IMG/VR virus record: IMGVR_UViG_3300028364_000013
DNA length: 64,000 nucleotides
Strand: one strand, 5' to 3'
Source: a virus
Taxonomy: Duplodnaviria > Caudoviricetes
In this document: positions 19,070-27,796 of the stretch, piece by piece
How the letters are laid out: the number at the start of each line of letters is the position of its first letter
Numbering within the stretch: position 1 is the stretch's first letter
The notes under the pieces: generated by a model
Seen by the model: the letters and a program-made list of their open reading frames with translations, nothing else
Database searches by the model: none
What the model was told of the DNA's origin: nothing
Program-made: the position numbers and the translations under genes

Positions 19070-19711
19070 ATGACAAACGTAAAGAAAGATTCAGAACAAG
19101 CTACTAAAGATAAAGCAAACGTAGCAGTGCTTCAAGATATTAATGCCACAGCAAGAGCAAAAGATGATGCTTTTAGTAAGCTGTATGGTAGACACAACCA
19201 ACAAGTCCGCATTCACTTCCTCAAGAGATTGAGAGATACAGATGTTGCTGAGGATTTGCTTATGATAACTTTTGTAAAGGCGCATGAGAACATTAACACT
19301 TATGACCCAAAAGTGGGTGCATTTTCTACTTGGTTGTACAAGATTGCAAACAACTCTTTGATTGACTTGTTGAGAAAAGCAAAGTTCGAAGTTCTTTCTT
19401 TGGATTCGCTTCAAAGTAAGACGTCAGACGACAATGATGGAATGGAATTTCAATTAGATTCAGATACTCCAAACCCATTGCAAATTCTTGTTCATGATGA
19501 GGTAACAAAACAAGTTTCTGATGCAGTTAATTCTATTAAGTCCAAAAAAGTTCGTGAATTAATGATTTGCAGATACATTGATGAAATGAGTTTTGAAGAA
19601 ACGGCAAAGGCTCTTGGTCTTGAATTGAATTCAACACTTAGAACAGCTGTTGCAAGAGGTAAAGAGATTCTTAAAAAGAAATTAGCTAACCTTGAAAATA
19701 ATGTCTCATAA
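19070..19711 (+). CDS. ECF-type (sigma-70 group 4) RNA polymerase sigma factor
   Basis: AFSKLY...AEDLLMITFVKA...FSTWLYKIANNSLIDLLRK (region 2); RYIDEMSFEETAKALGL...RGKEILKKKL (region 4). Confidence 0.9.
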   Translation: MTNVKKDSEQATKDKANVAVLQDINATARAKDDAFSKLYGRHNQQVRIHFLKRLRDTDVAEDLLMITFVKAHENINTYDPKVGAFSTWLYKIANNSLIDLLRKAKFEVLSLDSLQSKTSDDNDGMEFQLDSDTPNPLQILVHDEVTKQVSDAVNSIKSKKVRELMICRYIDEMSFEETAKALGLELNSTLRTAVARGKEILKKKLANLENNVS

Positions 19712-19849
19712 CATAAAACCAACGGTCTTATGACCGACCCCATACTACTGGGATGTGATAGTGTAGTGACTATTGTCTGGAAGTAGTGTTATGATAAAAA
19801 GCTATTAGTTCGGTGAATGAAGCAAAGCGTTAGCGCCAATAGTTTAAGT

Positions 19850-19883
19850 GCCCCGTGGTTATGATACACCACGGGGTTTTTTG
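19850..19883 (+). terminator. Intrinsic terminator
   Basis: CCCCGTGGT...ACCACGGGG followed by T6. Confidence 0.8.
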
Positions 19884-19944
19884 TGCGTTGCCCCGAACGA
19901 GCGCAGCGTTGTAACTTTTTAAATATCCATCGTTATACAAATAA

Positions 19945-20030
19945 GAAAAGGGCCTGGCGGAGAAAGTCGGAAGAGTAGACTCCAACGTGCGTTGGATTTT
20001 GTGAACAAGCTCCAACCTGCCCAATACTCT
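19945..20030 (+). ncRNA. Candidate small RNA, AAGAGTAGACTCCA family copy 2
   Basis: Directly after promoter 19909; core at 19970-19986; second TCCAACCTGCCC at about 20011. Confidence 0.55.
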
Positions 20031-20280
20031 CGTGAAATATAAATTTATAATTTTAGAAAAATAAAGCCCGTTATTAACATATCGCCTAAAAAAGATTGTT
20101 TTAGGTAGAACATTTTAAAATCTCTTACGTATAAGATAATGAAAGAACAAATAGATTTATATTTTTTACACTTTGTAACATTTTGTAACATTTTGTAACT
20201 TTTTAAATCTATGTCGTTATACAGTCATAACCAATGACCGCAGGGCAAGACCTGCTTTGCAGTCGCAAAAAACAATTATT

Positions 20281-21156
20281 ATGAAAAATGAAAATGCATT
20301 TAACTGGGACATTAAGCAAACAGGAATTCTTGACATTAATGGAAACCCTATAAAAGGGTACAAAGAAATTACTCGTGATGACAATGGGTCAAGCATTGCT
20401 GTTATGAAAGAGTCTTATACGCCAATGACAACTCAACAATTCTCTGATACAGCAAACGAAGTTGCAGGTGCAATTGGAGGTTCTGGACTTATTTTTAAGG
20501 ATTGGAATGACAATAGTGTTGAAGGGCAAATGGGAGCTAACAAGCCCGTGATTACTTGTCAGATGGAAATGAGCGAGCCTCTTGAGATTGCAGGCTCAAA
20601 GATTGAAGGTAAGTTAACAATTGGTGTTGGATTTGACGGAGGGCGTAGCTTCTTTATTGGTCACACAAATACTTACCTTAGATGCACAAATGAATTCTCT
20701 TCAATTGTGAAGGACTTCAAAAGCAGACTTACTGTAAATAACATGGTAAGAGTTGAAGACATTATTAAAAACATTCAAACGTATAGAGATTACGAAAGAA
20801 ATTTATACGAAAACTTTGAGAGATTTCATAACACAAAAATTGATGAAAAGATTGTTCAAGAATGTCTTGCACGTCTTGTTGATTTGACTGTTGAAGAGAG
20901 AGCAATGACTGTTAAGGAGAGAAACACAGAGTTGTCTTCTCAAAAGTTGAACAAGATTGATGACATTACTGCAAGTATTAGAACAGAAATGGCAGAGCTT
21001 GGTAACAACGCTTGGGGATTATTCAATGGGGTCACACATTATTCTACACATATTATGAACTCAAGAGGTTCAAATGAGTTGAGTACAATGTTCGGAGCAA
21101 AGAACAAAGCAAACCAAATTGTTTATGGCTTAGGTCTTGAATTACTTGATGCATAA
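20281..21156 (+). CDS. DUF932-family (phage/plasmid) protein
   Basis: FDGGRSFFIGHTNTYLRCTNEF and NNAWGLFNGVTHYSTH motifs. Confidence 0.8.
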   Translation: MKNENAFNWDIKQTGILDINGNPIKGYKEITRDDNGSSIAVMKESYTPMTTQQFSDTANEVAGAIGGSGLIFKDWNDNSVEGQMGANKPVITCQMEMSEPLEIAGSKIEGKLTIGVGFDGGRSFFIGHTNTYLRCTNEFSSIVKDFKSRLTVNNMVRVEDIIKNIQTYRDYERNLYENFERFHNTKIDEKIVQECLARLVDLTVEERAMTVKERNTELSSQKLNKIDDITASIRTEMAELGNNAWGLFNGVTHYSTHIMNSRGSNELSTMFGAKNKANQIVYGLGLELLDA

Positions 21157-21231
21157 GATGCTAAACAACAAACTTAAGGAGAGCAGAAATGTTCTCCTTT
21201 TTTTGTGACCAATTTTGTCTAAGGAAAGTTT

Positions 21232-21325
21232 AGGGCAGGGGTGGATTGCCTGTCAAGGCTGTGCTCTTGACTTTAAGGCACAGGGCACTTATTCTTACCT
21301 TGCCTGTTTCACTCAAGGGACATAG
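21232..21325 (-). ncRNA. Candidate antisense-oriented small RNA from the reverse class A promoter
   Basis: Promoter 21326-21354 points left; only a 4-codon ORF; 3' end TCCACCCCTGCCCTAAACTTT resembles copy 1. Confidence 0.45.
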
Positions 21326-21411
21326 TTATAACGATAATGGTTTAAAAAGTTACAACCGTTGGAATTCTGGTTTTTAATTCATATTTATCAGAAAATCTAA
21401 AACCAACAACC

Positions 21412-21657
21412 ATGAACCTAAAAGAAGCAAAACAATTGTTTGAAGAAATAGTAGAACTTTGTTACCAGACAGAAAATCAACAACTGATTGAAACCATTGA
21501 ACAAATTTATCCAGAAGTAGAAGAAGCAACAGCAGTTTTTAAAGTAATATCTTCAGCTGAAGAATTACAAGTTATCATAAACGAAATAGAATTCCTTCCT
21601 GAAGAAGAAGAGGATGTCCAGGAGCTGCAGGAGATAATCGAAAAGTTGTCAGAATAA
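21412..21657 (+). CDS. Hypothetical acidic helical protein
   Basis: 81 aa. Confidence 0.75.
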   Translation: MNLKEAKQLFEEIVELCYQTENQQLIETIEQIYPEVEEATAVFKVISSAEELQVIINEIEFLPEEEEDVQELQEIIEKLSE

Positions 21658-21714
21658 CATAAATAATTTTTATTTGTAAAAGTCTTTGCGTATCTTTGTG
21701 CAAAGACTTTTTTT

Positions 21715-22284
21715 ATGCACAGAGGAATTATCATATACTTATCAATCCTGATAGGCTTAGCTCTTACAGCTGGGGGTAGCTATTTTATTATTGACAACCT
21801 AATAAAACCACAGGGGTTTATGTTCGAAGGAATCATGGCAGCAGGCCTGGGAATAACATTGCTTATGTCAGTAATCGTTGCCGCAACAATCGGAAAGGCA
21901 ATTATGCTGTTCGGTGAAATCCTGGAGCAGACAACAAAGCTAAATCAGGAAATTGTAAAACAAAGCCAGCCGCAATCCATATCCAGTATATTTCAGGGAA
22001 TGATGCCGCCAGGCTCAAACATGACTGTTACAAACCTGAACACAGGAGAAACATCATCCAATAAACCTGAACTGGGAAAAATGAGTGAGATGATTTTTAA
22101 CGCAATGGCTGCTGGCTTGAGCGGCAAGACAAATGTAGAACTTAAAGATATGAGTGTCAAGGAGTTAGAGAAACTCTTGGCAAAAGCTATTAAGGATGAT
22201 GACTATGAATCTGCAACAGAGATTAGTGCAATCCTGAAGGAGAAGAAGAATCCTGGTTCAGGTGACTCTGAAAATAATTCATAA
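21715..22284 (+). CDS. Membrane protein with C-terminal UVR (UvrB/C)-like motif
   Basis: Two hydrophobic helices; LEKLLAKAIKDDDYESATEISAIL. Confidence 0.65.
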   Translation: MHRGIIIYLSILIGLALTAGGSYFIIDNLIKPQGFMFEGIMAAGLGITLLMSVIVAATIGKAIMLFGEILEQTTKLNQEIVKQSQPQSISSIFQGMMPPGSNMTVTNLNTGETSSNKPELGKMSEMIFNAMAAGLSGKTNVELKDMSVKELEKLLAKAIKDDDYESATEISAILKEKKNPGSGDSENNS

Positions 22285-22319
22285 AAAATAGAACATTCTA
22301 AATTTATAAACGTATAAGA

Positions 22320-22453
22320 TAATGTAGGCTGAAAGATACCTACATTCTAACGAGATTTCCTTTTGGAAGTTTTAGTTGTCTATCCTGAAGGTGGAATATC
22401 CTGACGGAATTGTCTCTTATCAGAAAAGCTCGGTTTTGTCACCGAGCTTTTCG
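22320..22453 (+). ncRNA. Candidate small RNA from class B promoter 22289
   Basis: No ORF; 5' hairpin AATGTAGG/CCTACATT; terminator GAAAAGCTCGGT/ACCGAGCTTTTC. Confidence 0.55.
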
Positions 22454-22554
22454 CTTTTATAGTAAGTTGCTTCGTTACGAACAACGAAGTTGCAAGCAAA
22501 GCGGAAAATGAATTTATTCATTGTAACTTTTTAAATTCCTGTCGTTATACAATC

Positions 22555-22767
22555 ATGGGAAACCCAAATTCAAAAAAACACAAAGCAAACCACGCAGGCT
22601 ACAGAGATAAGCCAGGGCGTAGAGCAATTGACGCACTTTGCGGAATGTACGCTGCAATTGGTAATGTAGAAATTCTGGTTGGAACGCCAGGAGAAGGAAA
22701 GCCGAGACTCGGAACTCCAGTAAACAAAACACAGCCAAAACCAGGTACACAGCTTAGTTTATTCTAA
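22555..22767 (+). CDS. Hypothetical basic protein
   Basis: Bounded by class A promoters. Confidence 0.7.
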   Translation: MGNPNSKKHKANHAGYRDKPGRRAIDALCGMYAAIGNVEILVGTPGEGKPRLGTPVNKTQPKPGTQLSLF

Positions 22768-22820
22768 ATTGTAACTTTTTAAATTGACATCGTTATACAC
22801 TTAAATTAAAAACAATTATT

Positions 22821-23324
22821 ATGAAAAAGTATTTATTAGTATTAGCATTAGCAGGATTGTTCACTTCAATTTCAAGTTGCAAGAAAGAAACAATTGAACC
22901 GAAACCTGAACCAGACACAACAGTTGTCACAACCAATGAACCAGTAGCAATGAACCTTCAGGTTTATTCTTTTGATGACGGCAATGGATTTGCAGGATAT
23001 GACTTCAAAGTTGTCATAAAAAGCCCAAATGAGTCCGTTGACTCTTTGTCTACAACATTCTCCAATTATTCTGATGGAGTTACTTCACCAAACTTTGCAA
23101 CACTTCAATGTAATGTAGATACCAGTCTCGTTTATACGATAGACATATATGATAATGCAAATAATTATTTGTTAACTGTTCCTTTAGAGTTTCATTGGGA
23201 AGATTATATTCTGGCAGTCAATGATGATGCAAGTAGTACAATTACTGGAGAAGTATTTAACCATGATAACATAGAAACACAAAACGCCTCACAGGCTCAT
23301 GTTGTTTTAGCTATTGGTAAGTAA
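22821..23324 (+). CDS. Predicted lipoprotein
   Basis: MKK, hydrophobic stretch, then SSC-KKE; Bacteroidota-type lipoprotein signal. Confidence 0.75.
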   Translation: MKKYLLVLALAGLFTSISSCKKETIEPKPEPDTTVVTTNEPVAMNLQVYSFDDGNGFAGYDFKVVIKSPNESVDSLSTTFSNYSDGVTSPNFATLQCNVDTSLVYTIDIYDNANNYLLTVPLEFHWEDYILAVNDDASSTITGEVFNHDNIETQNASQAHVVLAIGK

Positions 23325-23422
23325 ACTTTGTAACTTTTTAAATTCCTGTCGTTATACAGATATAACATAACCTGCGTGAGATTGTTCATGCAGGTTTTTT
23401 AACCACATTAAAACTTAGAGAT

Positions 23423-23752
23423 ATGAAATTCGTTTACATTATTGAAATTGGACAGCTTAGCAAATTAGAGAACAAATTTAACTTCTATGACATGGAAGTG
23501 TTCCCAAGTCAAAAGGCAGCTGACCATGTTGTTAAAAATATGATTGAGTGTAATACCTCTGGAGATTTTGAAGAACTTGTTAAGCAAGGTGATGTTAGAA
23601 TTGAGAAGTCTGAAGAAGGCGGATTCAAGAGAGGTGAAGTTAGTCATACTGTTTATACTTACAATTGCATGGGGTCTGGATTCAATAACGTTCCTACCAA
23701 AATGACAGTGAGATACGTAGTTAGAAAAATGTTAGTAAACAGAAACTTTTAA
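23423..23752 (+). CDS. Hypothetical protein
   Basis: After promoter 23328. Confidence 0.75.
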   Translation: MKFVYIIEIGQLSKLENKFNFYDMEVFPSQKAADHVVKNMIECNTSGDFEELVKQGDVRIEKSEEGGFKRGEVSHTVYTYNCMGSGFNNVPTKMTVRYVVRKMLVNRNF

Positions 23753-23756
23753 TATT

Positions 23757-23942
23757 ATGGCAGACGCAAGAACAAAACAAACAAGAGTGCTTACTATTAC
23801 AATAGAAGTCTCTTCAGATGTAAAACTTCCTTCAGACCATGAGATGGTCTTAATTGCTGCAGCAGCTTCAGGAGCTATGGCAGACAAAGCAAAAGAGAAA
23901 GGGTTGACGCTCGATAACTTAATAACTCATAGCAATGACTAA
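23757..23942 (+). CDS. Hypothetical protein
   Basis: Adjacent ORF. Confidence 0.65.
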   Translation: MADARTKQTRVLTITIEVSSDVKLPSDHEMVLIAAAASGAMADKAKEKGLTLDNLITHSND

Positions 23943-24270
23943 TTTATTCTGGATACAAAAATATAGACAACAAATTTTCGCTCTGGAGCTTCTGGTGGCG
24001 ATTATTTTTGGACCTGCTCTGGCAAACATCCTGAGCGGCTCCGTCCTGTTAAGCCTGGTAATGATTGCAGCAGTTTTTCTATTTTTAGAAATTACTCTGG
24101 CTTTTACCAGGGTCACCTTTGCGAAGGTAGCCCATGAGAATACCAAGAAGATTTATGATAAGACACAGGCAGCACACAAAAAGATTAAACAGGACTACCA
24201 GGATATGACTGGTGAGCAACTGGACAAGCGCAGGGCAATACAGCATTCAAAAAAGAAACGTAAGCCCTAA
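23935..24270 (+). CDS. Membrane protein (2 TM)
   Basis: Hydrophobic N-terminal half, basic tail. Confidence 0.7.
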   Translation: MTNLFWIQKYRQQIFALELLVAIIFGPALANILSGSVLLSLVMIAAVFLFLEITLAFTRVTFAKVAHENTKKIYDKTQAAHKKIKQDYQDMTGEQLDKRRAIQHSKKKRKP

Positions 24271-24361
24271 GAAGGCAAAAACAATATAAACTAAAAAGAG
24301 ATTATCATTTGGTAGTCTCTTTTTTAATCACTACATTTGCTTACATAAAAATTAATTAGAG

Positions 24362-24598
24362 ATGAGACTTACAGTACACGTATCAGGCGCAAAGAAAGAC
24401 ACGCACGAAAAGAAGACCAAAGAAGGAATTGTTAATGTTAAAAAAACATTTAACACTCTATCGTTCTCAAGTGTGAACCCAGAAGATGTTGGAAGCATCC
24501 TAAACAAGATTAAAGCTGAAGGGCTTGGAGAGCCTACCAAGCATTACCTCTCTAACGAGAAGATTCCTGGTCACGCCAGAGGGAAAAGAAAAGCCTAA
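24362..24598 (+). CDS. Small basic hypothetical protein
   Basis: Host-type promoter upstream; terminator at about 24619-24650. Confidence 0.75.
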   Translation: MRLTVHVSGAKKDTHEKKTKEGIVNVKKTFNTLSFSSVNPEDVGSILNKIKAEGLGEPTKHYLSNEKIPGHARGKRKA

Positions 24599-24709
24599 AC
24601 CCTGAACACAAATATATGAAAACCTTCAGCTATGCTGGGGGTTTTTTTTTGTCCAGTCGGGACTGGTCAAATTCAGATTTGTAACTTTTTAAAAACACAT
24701 CGTTATACA

Positions 24710-24790
24710 AATGTCGATGCGAACAGCGAGACGGGTCTGGTCACCGAGGTGAACCGAAAGAGTAGACTCCAGCCTGCCTTATATTTTCTT
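24710..24790 (+). ncRNA. Candidate small RNA, AAGAGTAGACTCCA family copy 3
   Basis: Between promoters 24679 and 24832; GAGACGGG...AAGAGTAGACTCCAGCCTGCC. Confidence 0.55.
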
Positions 24791-25069
24791 GCCAACCATT
24801 TTGTAAGCGAATCGGAAAAAGATTTTATTCTTTGTAACTTTTTAAATTCTTATCGTTATACAAGTGTAGACAATGAGAGACACATCTACTACCCCAGAAC
24901 TGAAAAACTTATGGCAGGGTTAATCCACTCCTGCCCCAAACTTTTTTGCCCAATTTATTATTTGAGCCTGCTCCATCGAGCACGCAGTGCTTATGCAGAA
25001 TCATTCTTAATAAGCATCATTTAAAAAGTTACAATTTTATAGAACATTTGTTGATAACTTACGTATAAG

Positions 25070-26010
25070 ATAATACTAAGTAACTAACGAAAAAACACAT
25101 TATGAAAAATTACTGACATATAGAAATCTCCAAAACTTTTTAAGCAAACACCGACCATGCTCTGAACTCGTTTCTTAGCTCTTCTACGCACGCCATGCTT
25201 AGTGGTCCAATATGCGCTTAAGAATCCTAAAGATTTCTTAGATTATTTCCCATAATTTCTATGACAGTATTTTGCACCTTCGGATGCAAGACTAAATAGG
25301 ACGACCCAGAGCTCGACTTGCTTCTTGCACTCAAGCTTTGGTATAGTCCTATTTTTTAGAAATTTAGGTGATGCACATGTACGAACAATTTCAATATCGC
25401 CTAAATTTTGGAAATTTGGATGGTTGAGAAAATTCAGTACTATGGTGTGGGGAAATGTGGGATGTGCAGCACCGAATATTAAACTACCTCTTTTCGATGT
25501 TTTTAATACCTAACTATCTGATTATTAGAAAAAATAGTTATTAACATTACCAACCTTTCCCTAAATGCACCCCCTAAATTTCCATTTTTTAGGCTATTAT
25601 TTTATCCCACATTTCCCCACCCTCCACCACATAAAATTGCACCCTCTCCCGCTCCCTCCCAGCTCTCCCCAGAATCGACCTCAAATATTACCCACTTCTC
25701 CCTGATTTTATACCCCTAATATAAGCTGCTGGTTGGGGATAAAACTATGCCAATCCAGAGACAAAATCCCCTTATCTCCCCAGAGATATTACCCAGGTCA
25801 TCGTGACATATTTACACCCCTCCCCTTGCTCACTCTGACGTTTCACAACTCTCCCTATGCAAATTGTTATAAATTTAGAAAATGCCTATACAATACATCT
25901 ATTTAATGTTTCTATTTAATCGTGATGCTCTGGGTACAATCTGCTCCTGCAGAATCAAAATATCCCTATACAAAAAAAGGAGAACTGCTTTCACAACTCT
26001 CCCTATTAAT
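25070..26010. other. Long non-coding convergence region with inverted/direct repeats and a G4 motif
   Basis: 17-bp perfect inverted repeat 25447-25463/25604-25620; 18-bp direct repeat TTTCACAACTCTCCCTAT at about 25841 and 25989; many CTCTCCC tracts. Confidence 0.7.
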
Positions 26011-26018
26011 AACGCAAA

Positions 26019-26131
26019 TTATAATGACAGGACTCGAACCTGCAGCTAACTGAACCATTCAGTCGGATGGAGTCGAACCATCACTTCCTCTACCAGTAGG
26101 GTAGGTCGGATACCAATTTCGACACATTACA
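26019..26131 (-). tRNA. tRNA-like element with two T arms (pseudo/chimeric)
   Basis: TGTAATG/CATTATA acceptor; GTCG/CGAC D stem; T arms GATGG-TTCGACT-CCATC and GCAGG-TTCGAGT-CCTGT. Confidence 0.55.
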
Positions 26132-26134
26132 ATA

Positions 26135-26563
26135 TTACATTAATCTTCTATCAATATATTTACCTCCAGACCAAATCTCTACCTTGTTACTATCTTTAAT
26201 TAATTTAATTTCAGTTTCTCCTTCTGAAAAAAGAAATTTAACTAATGATTCTAAATCGTTTGGTTTAATTTGTTCTGGCTTTAGTTCATCTACCACAGAT
26301 ACTTGTACTGAATTTAAAAACCATTCCCAGCGTTCCTTTACAAAGCCTTTTGCTTCTTCTAAGGATTCAAATGACTCGCTTTCATTTGCTGTATCATTTT
26401 GCATGGTTGGAAAGTGGCAAGTAACAAAAAAAGCGACCTCACCTTTAACTTCCAATCTGGTTATCCAGGCAATCCTAATATTATTGTAAGATGCTGTTCT
26501 TGCCCACCTACCCATTTTATCTGGTTGGTCTGTGCTGCTGTATCTATTCGAGTATTCAATCAT
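26135..26563 (-). CDS. Hypothetical protein
   Basis: Start reassigned to the ATG at 26563. Confidence 0.75.
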   Translation of the reverse strand: MIEYSNRYSSTDQPDKMGRWARTASYNNIRIAWITRLEVKGEVAFFVTCHFPTMQNDTANESESFESLEEAKGFVKERWEWFLNSVQVSVVDELKPEQIKPNDLESLVKFLFSEGETEIKLIKDSNKVEIWSGGKYIDRRLM

Positions 26564-26909
26564 TTTTTTTAAGTTTGCACCATAGTTGACCACTCTTGTC
26601 TCTTGTGGTATTAATTTGTTCAACGTACCCTCTATCTCTATATGGAGATTCCTTAGAGAAAGGAATGGTTGAAATTGTTTCCATCTCAAACTCTATTGGA
26701 AAATATTTTTTAGATTGTTCTAAATACATAGGAATGTCTTTGTCTACGAAGAATGTAGATGCTACTATGTTATTAACTTGCGGGCTTTTAACATAATCAG
26801 CATCGCCAGAATGATATATTTTATTCGTAAAAGAATCGTGGTAATACCCTTTTATATCAGCAATTTCATCAACTACAACTGTTCCTTGTGGTAATTTAAT
26901 TCTTTTCAT
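26556..26909 (-). CDS. Hypothetical protein
   Basis: ORF track; operon context. Confidence 0.75.
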   Translation of the reverse strand: MKRIKLPQGTVVVDEIADIKGYYHDSFTNKIYHSGDADYVKSPQVNNIVASTFFVDKDIPMYLEQSKKYFPIEFEMETISTIPFSKESPYRDRGYVEQINTTRDKSGQLWCKLKKND

Positions 26910-26952
26910 TGTTCTTTTTATTAAAAATAAATAAATTTGGAATTCACCTTTA

Positions 26953-27402
26953 CTACGCTTTAATCTTATCTATGATTTCGTTAGCCAATTCAAGCTGTGT
27001 TTTTGCGTGGTCAAAGATTTCCTTTGTAATAACTTCTGCTCCATACAATTCATCTGCAGACATATTATCATTACAATCTCTAAGAGCATTCTTTATGTTT
27101 GAGAACTGAACTTTCTCTCCTATGACATCATAGAGTTGTTCCCATTCAGTATCCATGCTTCCAGGCTTAATGCTATCAATTCTAATGTAGTCAACATCAA
27201 GTCCGAATGTGGCATCCTCATCTCTCACTTTTATATATACACCAGTGAAGTCGCTGCATACTTTATCATCATTGCTTAGTTTAGCCTTACGCTCTGCCTC
27301 AAGCTCTTTACCAAACTTATCGACAAGTTGTGCCACTGTAATAGATTTAATGTCTTCAGGGGCATCTTTAAGCATTCTCCATATTCTTGACTTATTTTTC
27401 AT
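26953..27402 (-). CDS. Hypothetical protein
   Basis: ORF track; operon context. Confidence 0.8.
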   Translation of the reverse strand: MKNKSRIWRMLKDAPEDIKSITVAQLVDKFGKELEAERKAKLSNDDKVCSDFTGVYIKVRDEDATFGLDVDYIRIDSIKPGSMDTEWEQLYDVIGEKVQFSNIKNALRDCNDNMSADELYGAEVITKEIFDHAKTQLELANEIIDKIKA

Positions 27403-27403
27403 C

Positions 27404-27790
27404 TTATAATTTTTTAAAAGAAGACAGTGCGCTTTCTAAGTCAGCATCAAACTGTTCCTTTGTTCTTGTGTAGTAATCTTCCTCCAGTAGCATTCTACTT
27501 ATTTCTGCAGCCTTACTTTTTTCTTCTCTATTAATATGGTTTTCAATCATACTAACTCTTACATTAAACCTTTCAACTATGCACTCCATGCTTTGATAAA
27601 CACAAGTAACTTCAAGTTCATATACATCTCCTTTTTTATTGTATTGATTGCCTTCCCACGTAACAAAAGTTGGAACTATTCTAATAGCTCTTCTAACTCC
27701 TGTCTGAAAACAATAGAATGGTTTTTCTGGAATGAATATTTCAGTTTCTTCTACTGGAACTTTCTCGTATTCGTATGTAGTTATCTTCAT
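27404..27790 (-). CDS. Hypothetical protein
   Basis: ORF track; operon context. Confidence 0.8.
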   Translation of the reverse strand: MKITTYEYEKVPVEETEIFIPEKPFYCFQTGVRRAIRIVPTFVTWEGNQYNKKGDVYELEVTCVYQSMECIVERFNVRVSMIENHINREEKSKAAEISRMLLEEDYYTRTKEQFDADLESALSSFKKL

Positions 27791-27796
27791 GTCTTC

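Larger units (their letters stand above)
629..24860 (+). promoter_or_regulatory. Class A repeated promoter TTGTAAC-N15-CGTTATA, 31 intact copies (29 bp each)
   Basis: Starts at 629,1126,1764,2798,3198,3754,4073,5643,6013,6650,8839,9478,10052,10877,11001,11495,12401,12813,13460,13726,14704,17859(CTGTAAC),19012,19909,20193,22521,22769,23328,24679,24832 on +, and 21326-21354 on -. Spacer is always 15 nt. Copies are intergenic and usually 20-70 nt upstream of an ATG. Degenerate copies near 4735 and 25020 (-). Confidence 0.9.

Noticed and set aside
629-24860. CRISPR array interpretation of the 29-bp repeats
   Set aside because: Spacing is irregular and gene-sized, the central 15 nt vary, and no cas genes are present; the pattern fits promoters.
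24632-25024. 130 aa + strand ORF
   Set aside because: Reads through two class A promoters and the small RNA units; starts before them with no plausible context.
25325-25513. 62 aa ORF in the convergence region
   Set aside because: TTG start, no promoter or translation context, and it overlaps the repeat elements.
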